Shown here: positions 1-8,065 of the stretch, in pieces
How the letters are laid out: the number at the start of each line of letters is the position of its first letter
Numbering within the stretch: the stretch's first letter is position 1
NCBI GenBank assembly: GCA_000004985.1
Contig: GG739042.1
Reading direction: 5' to 3' (one strand)
Length of the DNA: 9,236 bases
Source of the DNA: Naegleria gruberi
Taxonomy: Eukaryota
Notes under the pieces: generated by a model
What the model saw: only the letters and a program-made list of their open reading frames with translations
What the model was told of the DNA's origin: nothing
Databases searched by the model: none
Made by a program: the position numbers and the translations under genes

Positions 1-226
1 ACTACCTGTAATGCATGCCAGTAATAGAATGTTAAATGATTTATCATGATAAACCCTAAAAAATTGATTGTATTGAAATTTTGAAAAGAATGTGTGTGGA
101 AGAAAGTTTGCTAATGGAAAGCAATTACAATAATTGTGATTTTTCATTGGTAATGTTGGAATGGATGGTAAATGGAGAAAAGAATGACCTTGCTTGTTGT
201 TTTGTATCTTTCTCTGTCTAATTTCT

Positions 227-562
227 TCAGGGCTTTGAAAATTTCTCTCTTCTTTGATTTTTGAATTTTGCTGAGGATGGATTCAAGTCAACTGGCTTTG
301 GTTTTTGTGATGTTTTCGTATTCTTTGATTTTGGTGCATACATTTTGGCCTGTTCTAAACACCACAAGGTCTGTGAGTCGAAGTATTTTCTAGCATCATG
401 TTTGCAACATCTTCTCACATGGAAAACATATCCAACTTGATCAATTTTCTTGTTACATTTTCTTTATGGAATAATAATTACACATGATCAGATTGAATTT
501 TGAAATTTGATGAAAATGAAACAATGCAACTTACATATCATATCCTTTGGGATGTACATCAT
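227..562 (-). CDS. Zinc-finger module copy C, probably a degenerate paralog. Candidate exon 535..562 (ATG 562, MMYIPKDMI), GTAAGT donor at 534..529, downstream ORF 227..463 (RKCNKKIDQVGYVF-H-VRR-C-CKHDARKYFDSQTLWCLEQAKMYAPKS...KFSKP*)
   Basis: The 3' exon is clearly paralogous to copy A at both DNA and protein level (KCNKKI..F.F-HVRRCCK.D...T.C.LE.A.M.AP). Using the only upstream acceptor (AG 463..462), the phase-1 donor gives T+AA = TAA. The frame is off by one base relative to copy A, which has GC there. The alternative acceptor at AG 437..436 is in frame but removes the CxxC half (..KDMI-F-GYVFHVRRCC..). The ORF-track start at 418 is a GTG, not an ATG. Confidence 0.3.
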
Positions 563-635
563 GGATAGATGCTTGGTTGTATATCGTAGTATATCGAGCC
601 TTCTCAAGATTCTAACACAGTCCCAACTGTCCAGA

Positions 636-872
636 TTAGCATAATAGGGATCTTCGGATGTGACATTGATAAGGTTGACATCTTCTCATGTGATAATCGA
701 GGAAATTTCCTCTAAAGCACTTGTTACACTTTTGACCTTAATATATTTAATATATTATCAAATAATCAAAATGATGATGAAGATTCACTTAATACATTTG
801 ATACTGATGAAATTACTTACATGATCCGAAGGAATTAGAACCAACTCCCAATCTTTTCAAGTACCTATTTGA
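636..872 (-). CDS. Small C2HC zinc-finger module, copy B. Upstream exon fragment 821..872 (..SNRYLKRLGVGSNSFGS, no ATG), intron 737..820, exon 636..736. Spliced finger: C-Q-K-C-NKCFRGNFLDY-H-MRR-C-QPYQCHIRRSLLC*
   Basis: A GTAAGT donor at 820..815 follows T821 (phase 1), and an ATTAAG acceptor ends at 737. T+GT = TGT (Cys), then CAA AAG TGT, giving C-x2-C-x11-H-x3-C. TAA lies at 638..636. The upstream open frame is only 17 codons and has no Met, so the 5' end of this gene is unresolved. Confidence 0.35.
737..820 (-). other. Intron, 84 nt, phase 1, GTAAGT...AAG, in zinc-finger copy B
   Basis: Same donor context as copy A (T of the Cys codon, then GTAAGT). The interior is AT-rich, and splicing restores the CxxC pair. 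Confidence 0.35.
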
Positions 873-1052
873 TTATCATGTTCTTCCTGATCAAAACAGT
901 CGGAATACTTTTCCAATTCGCTTTCAATCATTTCCTCAAAGGTCTTTGAAGAGATAACAAGAGCTTGAGGCAGAGACATTGTGTTGTTCGATTTTTTTTT
1001 TGAGAACTTTTGATCATTTCACAAATAGAGAAAGAGATTGAGGAAATTGAAT

Positions 1053-1510
1053 TTATTGTTGGAATGAATATTTCTTAACTATTAATTGTCTTTTGAGACA
1101 TTGATGGATTGTGATTGTGGAAAATGAGGATTTTCCACTCAATTGATATCTTTTCCTATCTAATTCAATTAAGGATTTAAGAGTTTCTCTGTTTTTTGGT
1201 TTTTTAACAATTGCAGACTTATTGGCACGACGAGGAATAGGAGCATTCATTATAGCAATTTCTAATTTACAGTATGTTCTTTCATCTAACAACTTTTTTG
1301 GATCATATTTGCAGCATCTTCTTACGTGGAAATTAAAACCAATGCTGCCAATTTTCTTGTTGCACTTTGGGCCTTTTTCAATTTGATTAGTTAACATTTC
1401 AATTACAAGCAACTTACAAGTTTCAGTAATGGTAACAGGTTTGAGTGTATGTGAAGAGGGATGTTTACTCTTTGGTTGGACTGACTGGACAGGTTGTTCA
1501 GTTAACTTCT
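1053..1510 (-). CDS. Small C2HC zinc-finger protein, copy A (partial; 5' end runs into the assembly gap). Exon 1418..1510+, intron 1373..1417, exon 1053..1372 with TAA at 1053..1055. Spliced finger: ...PVTITET-C-P-K-C-NKKIGSIGFNF-H-VRR-C-CKYD...
   Basis: The minus-strand frame is open from the gap edge to TAA 1053..1055. A GTAAGT donor sits at 1417..1412 right after T1418 (phase 1), and an AAAAAG acceptor ends at 1373. After splicing the junction reads T+GC = TGC (Cys), then CCA AAG TGC, giving C-P-x-C-x11-H-x3-C. That is the spacing of Rad18/WRNIP1-type UBZ4 fingers, which I am recalling from memory. The 45-nt intron is a multiple of 3 and contains no stop, so the unspliced reading is also open. 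The tail (CCKYD..T.C.LE.A.M.AP) is conserved with copy C. Confidence 0.5.
1373..1417 (-). other. Intron, 45 nt, phase 1 (donor GTAAGT, acceptor AAAAAG), in zinc-finger copy A
   Basis: A canonical GTAAGT donor follows T1418. CTAAT (a branch-like CTRAY motif) lies inside. Splicing produces the Cys-Pro-Lys-Cys knuckle. The same donor context, T|GTAAGT inside a Cys codon, recurs in copies B and C. Confidence 0.45.
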
Positions 1511-4500
1511 NNNNNNNNNNNNNNNNNNNNNNNNNNNNNNNNNNNNNNNNNNNNNNNNNNNNNNNNNNNNNNNNNNNNNNNNNNNNNNNNNNNNNNNNNN
1601 NNNNNNNNNNNNNNNNNNNNNNNNNNNNNNNNNNNNNNNNNNNNNNNNNNNNNNNNNNNNNNNNNNNNNNNNNNNNNNNNNNNNNNNNNNNNNNNNNNNN
1701 NNNNNNNNNNNNNNNNNNNNNNNNNNNNNNNNNNNNNNNNNNNNNNNNNNNNNNNNNNNNNNNNNNNNNNNNNNNNNNNNNNNNNNNNNNNNNNNNNNNN
1801 NNNNNNNNNNNNNNNNNNNNNNNNNNNNNNNNNNNNNNNNNNNNNNNNNNNNNNNNNNNNNNNNNNNNNNNNNNNNNNNNNNNNNNNNNNNNNNNNNNNN
1901 NNNNNNNNNNNNNNNNNNNNNNNNNNNNNNNNNNNNNNNNNNNNNNNNNNNNNNNNNNNNNNNNNNNNNNNNNNNNNNNNNNNNNNNNNNNNNNNNNNNN
2001 NNNNNNNNNNNNNNNNNNNNNNNNNNNNNNNNNNNNNNNNNNNNNNNNNNNNNNNNNNNNNNNNNNNNNNNNNNNNNNNNNNNNNNNNNNNNNNNNNNNN
2101 NNNNNNNNNNNNNNNNNNNNNNNNNNNNNNNNNNNNNNNNNNNNNNNNNNNNNNNNNNNNNNNNNNNNNNNNNNNNNNNNNNNNNNNNNNNNNNNNNNNN
2201 NNNNNNNNNNNNNNNNNNNNNNNNNNNNNNNNNNNNNNNNNNNNNNNNNNNNNNNNNNNNNNNNNNNNNNNNNNNNNNNNNNNNNNNNNNNNNNNNNNNN
2301 NNNNNNNNNNNNNNNNNNNNNNNNNNNNNNNNNNNNNNNNNNNNNNNNNNNNNNNNNNNNNNNNNNNNNNNNNNNNNNNNNNNNNNNNNNNNNNNNNNNN
2401 NNNNNNNNNNNNNNNNNNNNNNNNNNNNNNNNNNNNNNNNNNNNNNNNNNNNNNNNNNNNNNNNNNNNNNNNNNNNNNNNNNNNNNNNNNNNNNNNNNNN
2501 NNNNNNNNNNNNNNNNNNNNNNNNNNNNNNNNNNNNNNNNNNNNNNNNNNNNNNNNNNNNNNNNNNNNNNNNNNNNNNNNNNNNNNNNNNNNNNNNNNNN
2601 NNNNNNNNNNNNNNNNNNNNNNNNNNNNNNNNNNNNNNNNNNNNNNNNNNNNNNNNNNNNNNNNNNNNNNNNNNNNNNNNNNNNNNNNNNNNNNNNNNNN
2701 NNNNNNNNNNNNNNNNNNNNNNNNNNNNNNNNNNNNNNNNNNNNNNNNNNNNNNNNNNNNNNNNNNNNNNNNNNNNNNNNNNNNNNNNNNNNNNNNNNNN
2801 NNNNNNNNNNNNNNNNNNNNNNNNNNNNNNNNNNNNNNNNNNNNNNNNNNNNNNNNNNNNNNNNNNNNNNNNNNNNNNNNNNNNNNNNNNNNNNNNNNNN
2901 NNNNNNNNNNNNNNNNNNNNNNNNNNNNNNNNNNNNNNNNNNNNNNNNNNNNNNNNNNNNNNNNNNNNNNNNNNNNNNNNNNNNNNNNNNNNNNNNNNNN
3001 NNNNNNNNNNNNNNNNNNNNNNNNNNNNNNNNNNNNNNNNNNNNNNNNNNNNNNNNNNNNNNNNNNNNNNNNNNNNNNNNNNNNNNNNNNNNNNNNNNNN
3101 NNNNNNNNNNNNNNNNNNNNNNNNNNNNNNNNNNNNNNNNNNNNNNNNNNNNNNNNNNNNNNNNNNNNNNNNNNNNNNNNNNNNNNNNNNNNNNNNNNNN
3201 NNNNNNNNNNNNNNNNNNNNNNNNNNNNNNNNNNNNNNNNNNNNNNNNNNNNNNNNNNNNNNNNNNNNNNNNNNNNNNNNNNNNNNNNNNNNNNNNNNNN
3301 NNNNNNNNNNNNNNNNNNNNNNNNNNNNNNNNNNNNNNNNNNNNNNNNNNNNNNNNNNNNNNNNNNNNNNNNNNNNNNNNNNNNNNNNNNNNNNNNNNNN
3401 NNNNNNNNNNNNNNNNNNNNNNNNNNNNNNNNNNNNNNNNNNNNNNNNNNNNNNNNNNNNNNNNNNNNNNNNNNNNNNNNNNNNNNNNNNNNNNNNNNNN
3501 NNNNNNNNNNNNNNNNNNNNNNNNNNNNNNNNNNNNNNNNNNNNNNNNNNNNNNNNNNNNNNNNNNNNNNNNNNNNNNNNNNNNNNNNNNNNNNNNNNNN
3601 NNNNNNNNNNNNNNNNNNNNNNNNNNNNNNNNNNNNNNNNNNNNNNNNNNNNNNNNNNNNNNNNNNNNNNNNNNNNNNNNNNNNNNNNNNNNNNNNNNNN
3701 NNNNNNNNNNNNNNNNNNNNNNNNNNNNNNNNNNNNNNNNNNNNNNNNNNNNNNNNNNNNNNNNNNNNNNNNNNNNNNNNNNNNNNNNNNNNNNNNNNNN
3801 NNNNNNNNNNNNNNNNNNNNNNNNNNNNNNNNNNNNNNNNNNNNNNNNNNNNNNNNNNNNNNNNNNNNNNNNNNNNNNNNNNNNNNNNNNNNNNNNNNNN
3901 NNNNNNNNNNNNNNNNNNNNNNNNNNNNNNNNNNNNNNNNNNNNNNNNNNNNNNNNNNNNNNNNNNNNNNNNNNNNNNNNNNNNNNNNNNNNNNNNNNNN
4001 NNNNNNNNNNNNNNNNNNNNNNNNNNNNNNNNNNNNNNNNNNNNNNNNNNNNNNNNNNNNNNNNNNNNNNNNNNNNNNNNNNNNNNNNNNNNNNNNNNNN
4101 NNNNNNNNNNNNNNNNNNNNNNNNNNNNNNNNNNNNNNNNNNNNNNNNNNNNNNNNNNNNNNNNNNNNNNNNNNNNNNNNNNNNNNNNNNNNNNNNNNNN
4201 NNNNNNNNNNNNNNNNNNNNNNNNNNNNNNNNNNNNNNNNNNNNNNNNNNNNNNNNNNNNNNNNNNNNNNNNNNNNNNNNNNNNNNNNNNNNNNNNNNNN
4301 NNNNNNNNNNNNNNNNNNNNNNNNNNNNNNNNNNNNNNNNNNNNNNNNNNNNNNNNNNNNNNNNNNNNNNNNNNNNNNNNNNNNNNNNNNNNNNNNNNNN
4401 NNNNNNNNNNNNNNNNNNNNNNNNNNNNNNNNNNNNNNNNNNNNNNNNNNNNNNNNNNNNNNNNNNNNNNNNNNNNNNNNNNNNNNNNNNNNNNNNNNNN

Positions 4501-6240
4501 NNNNNNNNNNNNNNNNNNNNNNNNNNNNNNNNNNNNNNNNNNNNNNNNNNNNNNNNNNNNNNNNNNNNNNNNNNNNNNNNNNNNNNNNNNNNNNNNNNNN
4601 NNNNNNNNNNNNNNNNNNNNNNNNNNNNNNNNNNNNNNNNNNNNNNNNNNNNNNNNNNNNNNNNNNNNNNNNNNNNNNNNNNNNNNNNNNNNNNNNNNNN
4701 NNNNNNNNNNNNNNNNNNNNNNNNNNNNNNNNNNNNNNNNNNNNNNNNNNNNNNNNNNNNNNNNNNNNNNNNNNNNNNNNNNNNNNNNNNNNNNNNNNNN
4801 NNNNNNNNNNNNNNNNNNNNNNNNNNNNNNNNNNNNNNNNNNNNNNNNNNNNNNNNNNNNNNNNNNNNNNNNNNNNNNNNNNNNNNNNNNNNNNNNNNNN
4901 NNNNNNNNNNNNNNNNNNNNNNNNNNNNNNNNNNNNNNNNNNNNNNNNNNNNNNNNNNNNNNNNNNNNNNNNNNNNNNNNNNNNNNNNNNNNNNNNNNNN
5001 NNNNNNNNNNNNNNNNNNNNNNNNNNNNNNNNNNNNNNNNNNNNNNNNNNNNNNNNNNNNNNNNNNNNNNNNNNNNNNNNNNNNNNNNNNNNNNNNNNNN
5101 NNNNNNNNNNNNNNNNNNNNNNNNNNNNNNNNNNNNNNNNNNNNNNNNNNNNNNNNNNNNNNNNNNNNNNNNNNNNNNNNNNNNNNNNNNNNNNNNNNNN
5201 NNNNNNNNNNNNNNNNNNNNNNNNNNNNNNNNNNNNNNNNNNNNNNNNNNNNNNNNNNNNNNNNNNNNNNNNNNNNNNNNNNNNNNNNNNNNNNNNNNNN
5301 NNNNNNNNNNNNNNNNNNNNNNNNNNNNNNNNNNNNNNNNNNNNNNNNNNNNNNNNNNNNNNNNNNNNNNNNNNNNNNNNNNNNNNNNNNNNNNNNNNNN
5401 NNNNNNNNNNNNNNNNNNNNNNNNNNNNNNNNNNNNNNNNNNNNNNNNNNNNNNNNNNNNNNNNNNNNNNNNNNNNNNNNNNNNNNNNNNNNNNNNNNNN
5501 NNNNNNNNNNNNNNNNNNNNNNNNNNNNNNNNNNNNNNNNNNNNNNNNNNNNNNNNNNNNNNNNNNNNNNNNNNNNNNNNNNNNNNNNNNNNNNNNNNNN
5601 NNNNNNNNNNNNNNNNNNNNNNNNNNNNNNNNNNNNNNNNNNNNNNNNNNNNNNNNNNNNNNNNNNNNNNNNNNNNNNNNNNNNNNNNNNNNNNNNNNNN
5701 NNNNNNNNNNNNNNNNNNNNNNNNNNNNNNNNNNNNNNNNNNNNNNNNNNNNNNNNNNNNNNNNNNNNNNNNNNNNNNNNNNNNNNNNNNNNNNNNNNNN
5801 NNNNNNNNNNNNNNNNNNNNNNNNNNNNNNNNNNNNNNNNNNNNNNNNNNNNNNNNNNNNNNNNNNNNNNNNNNNNNNNNNNNNNNNNNNNNNNNNNNNN
5901 NNNNNNNNNNNNNNNNNNNNNNNNNNNNNNNNNNNNNNNNNNNNNNNNNNNNNNNNNNNNNNNNNNNNNNNNNNNNNNNNNNNNNNNNNNNNNNNNNNNN
6001 NNNNNNNNNNNNNNNNNNNNNNNNNNNNNNNNNNNNNNNNNNNNNNNNNNNNNNNNNNNNNNNNNNNNNNNNNNNNNNNNNNNNNNNNNNNNNNNNNNNN
6101 NNNNNNNNNNNNNNNNNNNNNNNNNNNNNNNNNNNNNNNNNNNNNNNNNNNNNNNNNNNNNNNNNNNNNNNNNNNNNNNNNNNNNNNNNNNNNNNNNNNN
6201 NNNNNNNNNNNNNNNNNNNNNNNNNNNNNNNNNNNNNNNN
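1511..6240. other. Assembly/scaffold gap (4,730 N)
   Basis: An uninterrupted run of n from 1511 to 6240. Confidence 0.99.
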
Positions 6241-7195
6241 TAGCTACTGGAAGTTTATAAACTATATCACAAAAGTAGTTTTCAAAGTATGAGGATGTTA
6301 GTTCAATGAGATGGGAGAAATTTTTTACTCCAATATTGTACAACATTAACTCAACTCCTGCCAATATTCTGCCAAGCCTTTTTCTTGTTCTGTCATTGTA
6401 GCATGAATCATTTGTTCTGACATCAAGTACTTCACTACTATTTGCACTCTGCCTCGAGGTTGTAATAAATTTACTGTTGGGGAAGTTTGACATGTACGAT
6501 TGAGCTGCCAGTAATGTGTATGCTGGATCTACAGTTAACGAAAGTTGTTTCATGTTCATGACAGAATAAACATTTCCATTATTCTTAATAAAGGTTGAAG
6601 GGTGGTCTTTTTCTACAAATTGTGAGAAGTCCATTTCTCCATATTCCAAAGAATAATCAATATTCTCCAAGGCCTTCTTTGGTGCCTTTTTTTTTGGTGA
6701 ACCTAATTCAGAAGAAGCAGCTCGTTTATTAGATTCCTGAGGTGTTGGTTCAGAATTTTCTAAAAAAGAAGATGGTAAAAAAGACGACTGGGTGCTTAAT
6801 ACATCAACATTTGAATCTTGAGTCAAATTGAGTCTTTGGGTATTTGAAATTGGAGATGTGTTATTGAAAGGAGTTGTCACATGTTGAATGTTGACTCGTT
6901 GTTGGAAGTTTGATGTTGGAGTTGTTGTTGTTTCATGTTGACCAATGTTAACTCGTTGTTGAAAGTATCTTACATGATTTGAGGTAGGAATAATGTGTTG
7001 AAGGATAGGTGTTGGACTCGGAGACACCACATAGTTTGGAGAGGTTATGTGGATTGGTATTTGAGATGTGGTGTTGTGTTGAAGGCTTGATATTGGGGAT
7101 GTTGCTGGTTGATAAAGGAATGGGCTGTAGAGTAAGGGTGATCTGTAGGATTGAGGTTGGTTGATGATTACTTGATGGTTGAATTGTTGATTCAT
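6241..7195 (-). CDS. Hypothetical protein, 5' part (ATG 7195; continues into the gap). Q/N/S/T/P-rich N-terminus, basic KRAASSELGSPKKKAPKK patch, then a conserved domain shared with the ORF at 7226..8065
   Basis: The minus-strand frame is open for 318 codons from ATG 7195 (A-rich context aaaaaaATG) down to the gap edge. The composition is coding-like in one frame only. The domain is similar to the upstream ORF (E.DF..F.EK; LG..L..V.L.L...GV.NF). Confidence 0.55.
6881..6974 (-). repeat. Imperfect ~55-nt direct repeat within the coding region, encoding the duplicated peptide FQQRVNI(G)QH(E)TTTP
   Basis: atgttgaatgttgactcgttgttggaagtt (6881..) recurs as atgttgaccaatgttaactcgttgttgaaagta (6935..). 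At protein level it is YFQQRVNIGQHETTTTP and NFQQRVNIQHVTTP. Confidence 0.45.
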
Positions 7196-7219
7196 TTTTT
7201 TGAATTTAAATTGAAACGG

Positions 7220-7291
7220 CTATATTTATTGAACAACAATTTCCATGTCTTTCTCGAATTTGAATGATGAGTAGACTTGATTGGATCTTAC
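7220..7291 (-). other. Candidate 72-nt in-frame intron (donor GTAAGA at 7291..7286, acceptor ATATAG ending at 7220) that would join ORF 7226..8065 to the ORF starting at 7195
   Basis: The donor follows complete codon AAT (7294..7292). The acceptor is followed by CCG TTT CAA TTT AAA TTC AAA AAA ATG, which is in frame with ATG 7195. The length (72) is typical of the other introns here, but it is a multiple of 3 and removes the stop, so frame alone cannot confirm it. Confidence 0.3.
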
Positions 7292-8065
7292 ATTGCAGGT
7301 AAGGGAGATGTAGTTAATTTTCATCCTATGTAACAAAACTTTTTGGCCAAATTTGCACGTGTTGTTGATAAGCTTAACCTGAAAGTTGCCCCAATCATCA
7401 TACTTATCCAAACATGGAAGACAATTCTTGAATCGAAATTGGATACATTCTTCCTTAACTTTAATACCATGCTTCTTAACAACTTGGAACCATTGATTGA
7501 ATACACCATTTGTTTCCTTCAATATCAAGTAAAAGACTGTTGGTAGACATGAACCAAGAGTAAGATGGTGGACTCTACTAGTGTTTCTCATTTCCAAATG
7601 ATCATTAATGATAGAACGGGCACACTTGGCAAACATATCCCAAACCACTCTATAAACCTGTTTTACCTCACTTGAAATATCTGTCCAACATTGATACTTT
7701 GGTGCATATGAATAAACTCCCTTTTCCAAAATAAAATCACACTCCTCATAATCACGTTCATCATCCTCATCCAAAATAACTTTCCTCTTCTTTGCCTTTG
7801 ATTTAGATCTTTTTCCACTTGAACTTTGTTTGGTTTGTTCAGATGTTTGAAAGTCGGATGATGTTGAAAGATGAAAAACAAGTGATGGAGAATTAGATGA
7901 CGGAGAAGATGAAGAATTACTACTAATATTGATGCTAGTAAAAGATGGAGCATCAAACATGTCTAAAGTTCCTTCACAGAGTACAGTTTCATGGTTGTTC
8001 ATTGTTAGTGTTGTTGATGTATTATGATATTTGTTTTGAGTTGAATTTGGTATGAACAAACGCAT
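7226..8065 (-). CDS. Hypothetical protein, 279 aa (ATG 8065, TAA 7226..7228). S/T-rich N-terminus, basic SGKRSKSKAKKRK patch, acidic stretch, conserved C-terminal domain of unknown family; paralogous to 6241..7195
   Basis: An uninterrupted ORF with the same architecture as the downstream gene (low-complexity, then basic NLS-like patch, then conserved domain). It may be exon 1 of a single larger gene, as described in the findings. Confidence 0.55.
   Translation of the reverse strand: MRLFIPNSTQNKYHNTSTTLTMNNHETVLCEGTLDMFDAPSFTSINISSNSSSSPSSNSPSLVFHLSTSSDFQTSEQTKQSSSGKRSKSKAKKRKVILDEDDERDYEECDFILEKGVYSYAPKYQCWTDISSEVKQVYRVVWDMFAKCARSIINDHLEMRNTSRVHHLTLGSCLPTVFYLILKETNGVFNQWFQVVKKHGIKVKEECIQFRFKNCLPCLDKYDDWGNFQVKLINNTCKFGQKVLLHRMKINYISLTCNVRSNQVYSSFKFEKDMEIVVQ

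Noticed and set aside
1410-1412. ORF-track start codons at 1412 and 418 shown as M
   Set aside because: They are TTG and GTG, not ATG. Position 1412 is the last T of the GTAAGT donor, so MLVIEMLTNQIEK is probably translated intron. The real protein continues upstream through the splice.
1053-1418. MYST-family HAT C2HC finger or classical C2H2 finger as the identity of the HVRRC motif
   Set aside because: No acetyltransferase domain follows. Spacing is x11 with a terminal Cys and a CP.C knuckle, which fits UBZ4 better than MYST (x12) or C2H2 (terminal His). This rests on pattern recall only, so it is kept as a caveat rather than a firm exclusion.
1502-6240. The portion of the 1897-aa minus-strand ORF that lies inside or beyond the gap
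   Set aside because: Only 6241..7195 is real sequence. Joining it to the RS* at 1502..1510 across 4,730 N is an artefact. The 1418..1510 flank belongs to the zinc-finger copy A frame instead.
1429-6292. Plus-strand ORFs of 1604 and 1615 aa (1429..6243, 1445..6292)
   Set aside because: They consist almost entirely of X translated from the N-run and carry no information. The short real flanks are not coding-like.
6687-6695. T9 homopolymer inside the coding region (encodes KKK on the minus strand)
   Set aside because: It simply encodes the lysine patch (SPKKKAPKK). There is no evidence of programmed frameshifting. It is noted only as an indel-prone site.
7321-7956. ORFs 7343..7546(+), 7321..7509(-) and 7663..7956(-)
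   Set aside because: They are alternate-frame or antisense ORFs nested entirely inside the 279-aa minus-strand ORF. Composition is hydrophobic and low-complexity, typical of out-of-frame translation of AT-rich coding DNA.
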